Assembly (NCBI GenBank): GCA_038087875.1
Contig: JAXLNO010000176.1
Location: forward strand, 54,014 to 74,013
Source: Malacoraja senta
Lineage: Eukaryota
DNA: 20,000 bases
Direction: 5' to 3'
Numbering within the stretch: the first letter of the stretch is position 1; the number at the start of each line of letters is the position of its first letter. Made by a program: the position numbers and the translations under genes. The notes under the pieces were generated by a model that was given only the letters and a program-made list of their open reading frames with translations, was not told the DNA's origin and made no database searches. Positions 18,174 through 20,000 of this stretch are shown piece after piece.

Positions 18174-18928
18174 AAGGTAGACAAAATGCTGGAGAAACTC
18201 AGAGGGTGAGGCAGCATCTGTGGAGCGAAGGAATTGGTGACGTTTCGGGTTTGAAGCCCTTCTTTAGACTGATGTGGGGGTTGGGGGGAGGGCGAGAAGA
18301 AGAAAGGAAGAGGTGGAGACTGTGGGTTGTGGGAAAGCTGGGAAGGGGAGGGGAAAGAGGGAGAAAGCAAGGAGTACCTGTAATTGGAGAAGTCAATTTT
18401 CATACCGCTGGGGTGTAAACTACCCAAGCGAAATATGAGGTGCTGCTCCTCCAATTTGCAGTGGGACTCACTCTGGCCATGGAGGAGGCCCAGCACAGAA
18501 AGGTCGGATTCGGAATGGGAGGGGGAGTTGAAGTGTTGAGCCACCGGGAGATCAGGTTGGTTATTGCGAACTGAGCGGAGGTGTTGTCTGAAGCGATCGC
18601 CAAGCCTGCGCTTGGTCTCACCATTGTCGAGCAGCTGACACCTAGAGCACTGGATGCAATAGTGAGGTTGGAGGAGATGCAGGTGAACTTCTGCCGCACC
18701 TGGAAAGACTGCTTAGGTCCTTGGATGGAGTCAAGGGGGGAGGTAAAGCAACAAGTATTGCATTTCCTGCAGTTGCAAGGGAAAGTACCAGGGGAGGGGA
18801 TGGTTTGGGTGGGAAGGGACGAATTGACCAGGGAGTTACGGAGGGAGCGGAGGAGGAGGAGATGGGAAGATGTGGCCAGTGGTGGGATCACGTTGGAGGT
18901 GGCGAAGATTTTGGAGGATTATCTGTTG
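18174..18928 (-). mobile_element. Penelope-like element 3' fragment with a frameshifted GIY-YIG endonuclease
   Basis: PGTFPCNCRKCNTC, FTCISSNL and AQHFNSPSHS..LEEQHLIFRLGSLHPSGM are typical of Penelope endonucleases; terminus has CAGATGCTGCC and a hammerhead-like motif. Confidence 0.9.
18239..18267 (-). ncRNA. Degenerate minimal hammerhead ribozyme motif of the Penelope terminus
   Basis: Minus strand CUAAAGA-A-GGG-CUUCAAA-CCC-GAAAC-GUC versus the core CUGANGA..GAAA..NUH; G5 is replaced by A. Confidence 0.65.
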
Positions 18929-20000
18929 TGGATTTTAAGGTCTCAATAAATGCAATTATAGAACGTTGCTTTCATCGCCTGCATATCTGGTGTGTAAGCA
19001 TGGCATCTTTGTAGGCCTTTCTGTAAGTTCAGAATAAAGTACACAGACTTGTTTGAAGCTTCAGTAAAGTTCTTGTTATCCTATGGACTTTATTGTACGT
19101 ACCAGCATTACAAATGTGGTCCAAGATTCAGCCCAAAATACTAATGATGACAAAGATAGTCCTCAGCTCCACCATGAATCAGCATTGTTGGGGGGGGAAT
19201 CTTGAGTGAAGACAATGCTGTTGCACCTCCAGAGGCTAATTTCTCCATTGTGCTCATCATAGGACTGCAGATAAACTTCATGCCTGCAAGGTAGAAGTAG
19301 CAGAAATAGCAAAAGAGCAGCCACATTGTGGAAACTGCTGAGAACAGGTTCAGTGGGTGGATTTGAGCAGTAGGCCAGCTCAGAGAGTAAGGAGAATTAC
19401 AGGCATCAGCAGTCACTCTTAAAACCACACTGGTTTTGAAGTAGAATTAAAAAAAGACAAGACAACAACGGCAACATTGTGGGACGTATTGGGTGTCAAA
19501 TTTAAACATGGCCAGAGTATAAATGCATCATTTTGGTTCAACAATAAAGAAAATGGCAATTTGCACAGGAGCAGAATTCAGCCTGGGGTGTAAAACGAGG
19601 CCTGTGAATCATTTATGCCTTACATGGGGAGAATGGAGATATTTGTCATGACTAATAATGTTCTGGAGATGGAAGAAAGTACTGAGAGTGCACAGGCATT
19701 GAGCGTGCCTTTGAGAGAATGAAAGAAAGAGCTTTCACTCGCTGACATTAGTGCTGGAGCAGATCACACATTTAGTAAATCAGCCATCTCACTTAATGCT
19801 AAAGATAGCCAGTTTGAAGAAGGCTCAAAAGAGTAATTCAACTGAGGTGCAAATTCAACACATGCAGTCTAAAAATGAGTTAAACAGTGAGGGTACATGG
19901 TGCCAAACCACACCGTTCAGTCAATATCAGCTTTCATGTTCCACTTGAACCTCCTACTATCTAGCCTCATCTAAATCTATTTTGACCCTTCATACTCGGC

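Noticed and set aside
19141..19428. 95-aa minus-strand ORF as a host exon
   Set aside because: No recognisable homology, non-ATG start, no convincing splice context.

Overview
Vertebrate non-genic (intergenic or intronic) DNA, most likely from a cartilaginous fish (skate/ray-like), judged from the HE1/V-SINE, CR1/HER1 and Penelope repeat complement (inference from recalled repeat consensus, no search run). No host exon could be supported. The main element is a full-length, apparently intact ~6.6-kb L1-clade LINE on the minus strand (469-7063). It has a perfect 15-bp target-site duplication, a 25-nt poly(A) tail, an intact ORF1 (331 aa) and an intact ORF2 (1263 aa; APE endonuclease, RT, CCHC knuckle). 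Its 1.2-kb inter-ORF region is organised: (i) a diverged ~296-bp tandem duplication whose copies each hold a hairpin and an ATG-initiated 38/40-aa ORF sharing GTWHNSRxxTPVNP with mostly synonymous differences, and (ii) an 82-aa ORF with one predicted transmembrane helix whose stop overlaps the ORF2 start (ATGCATGA). The rest is decayed retroelements (nested CR1s, a tRNA-derived SINE, Penelope fragments with degenerate hammerhead motifs, L2-like fragments, a non-autonomous element with structured 72-73-bp repeats), a perfect 41-bp inverted repeat and a (CG)8(TG)39 microsatellite.
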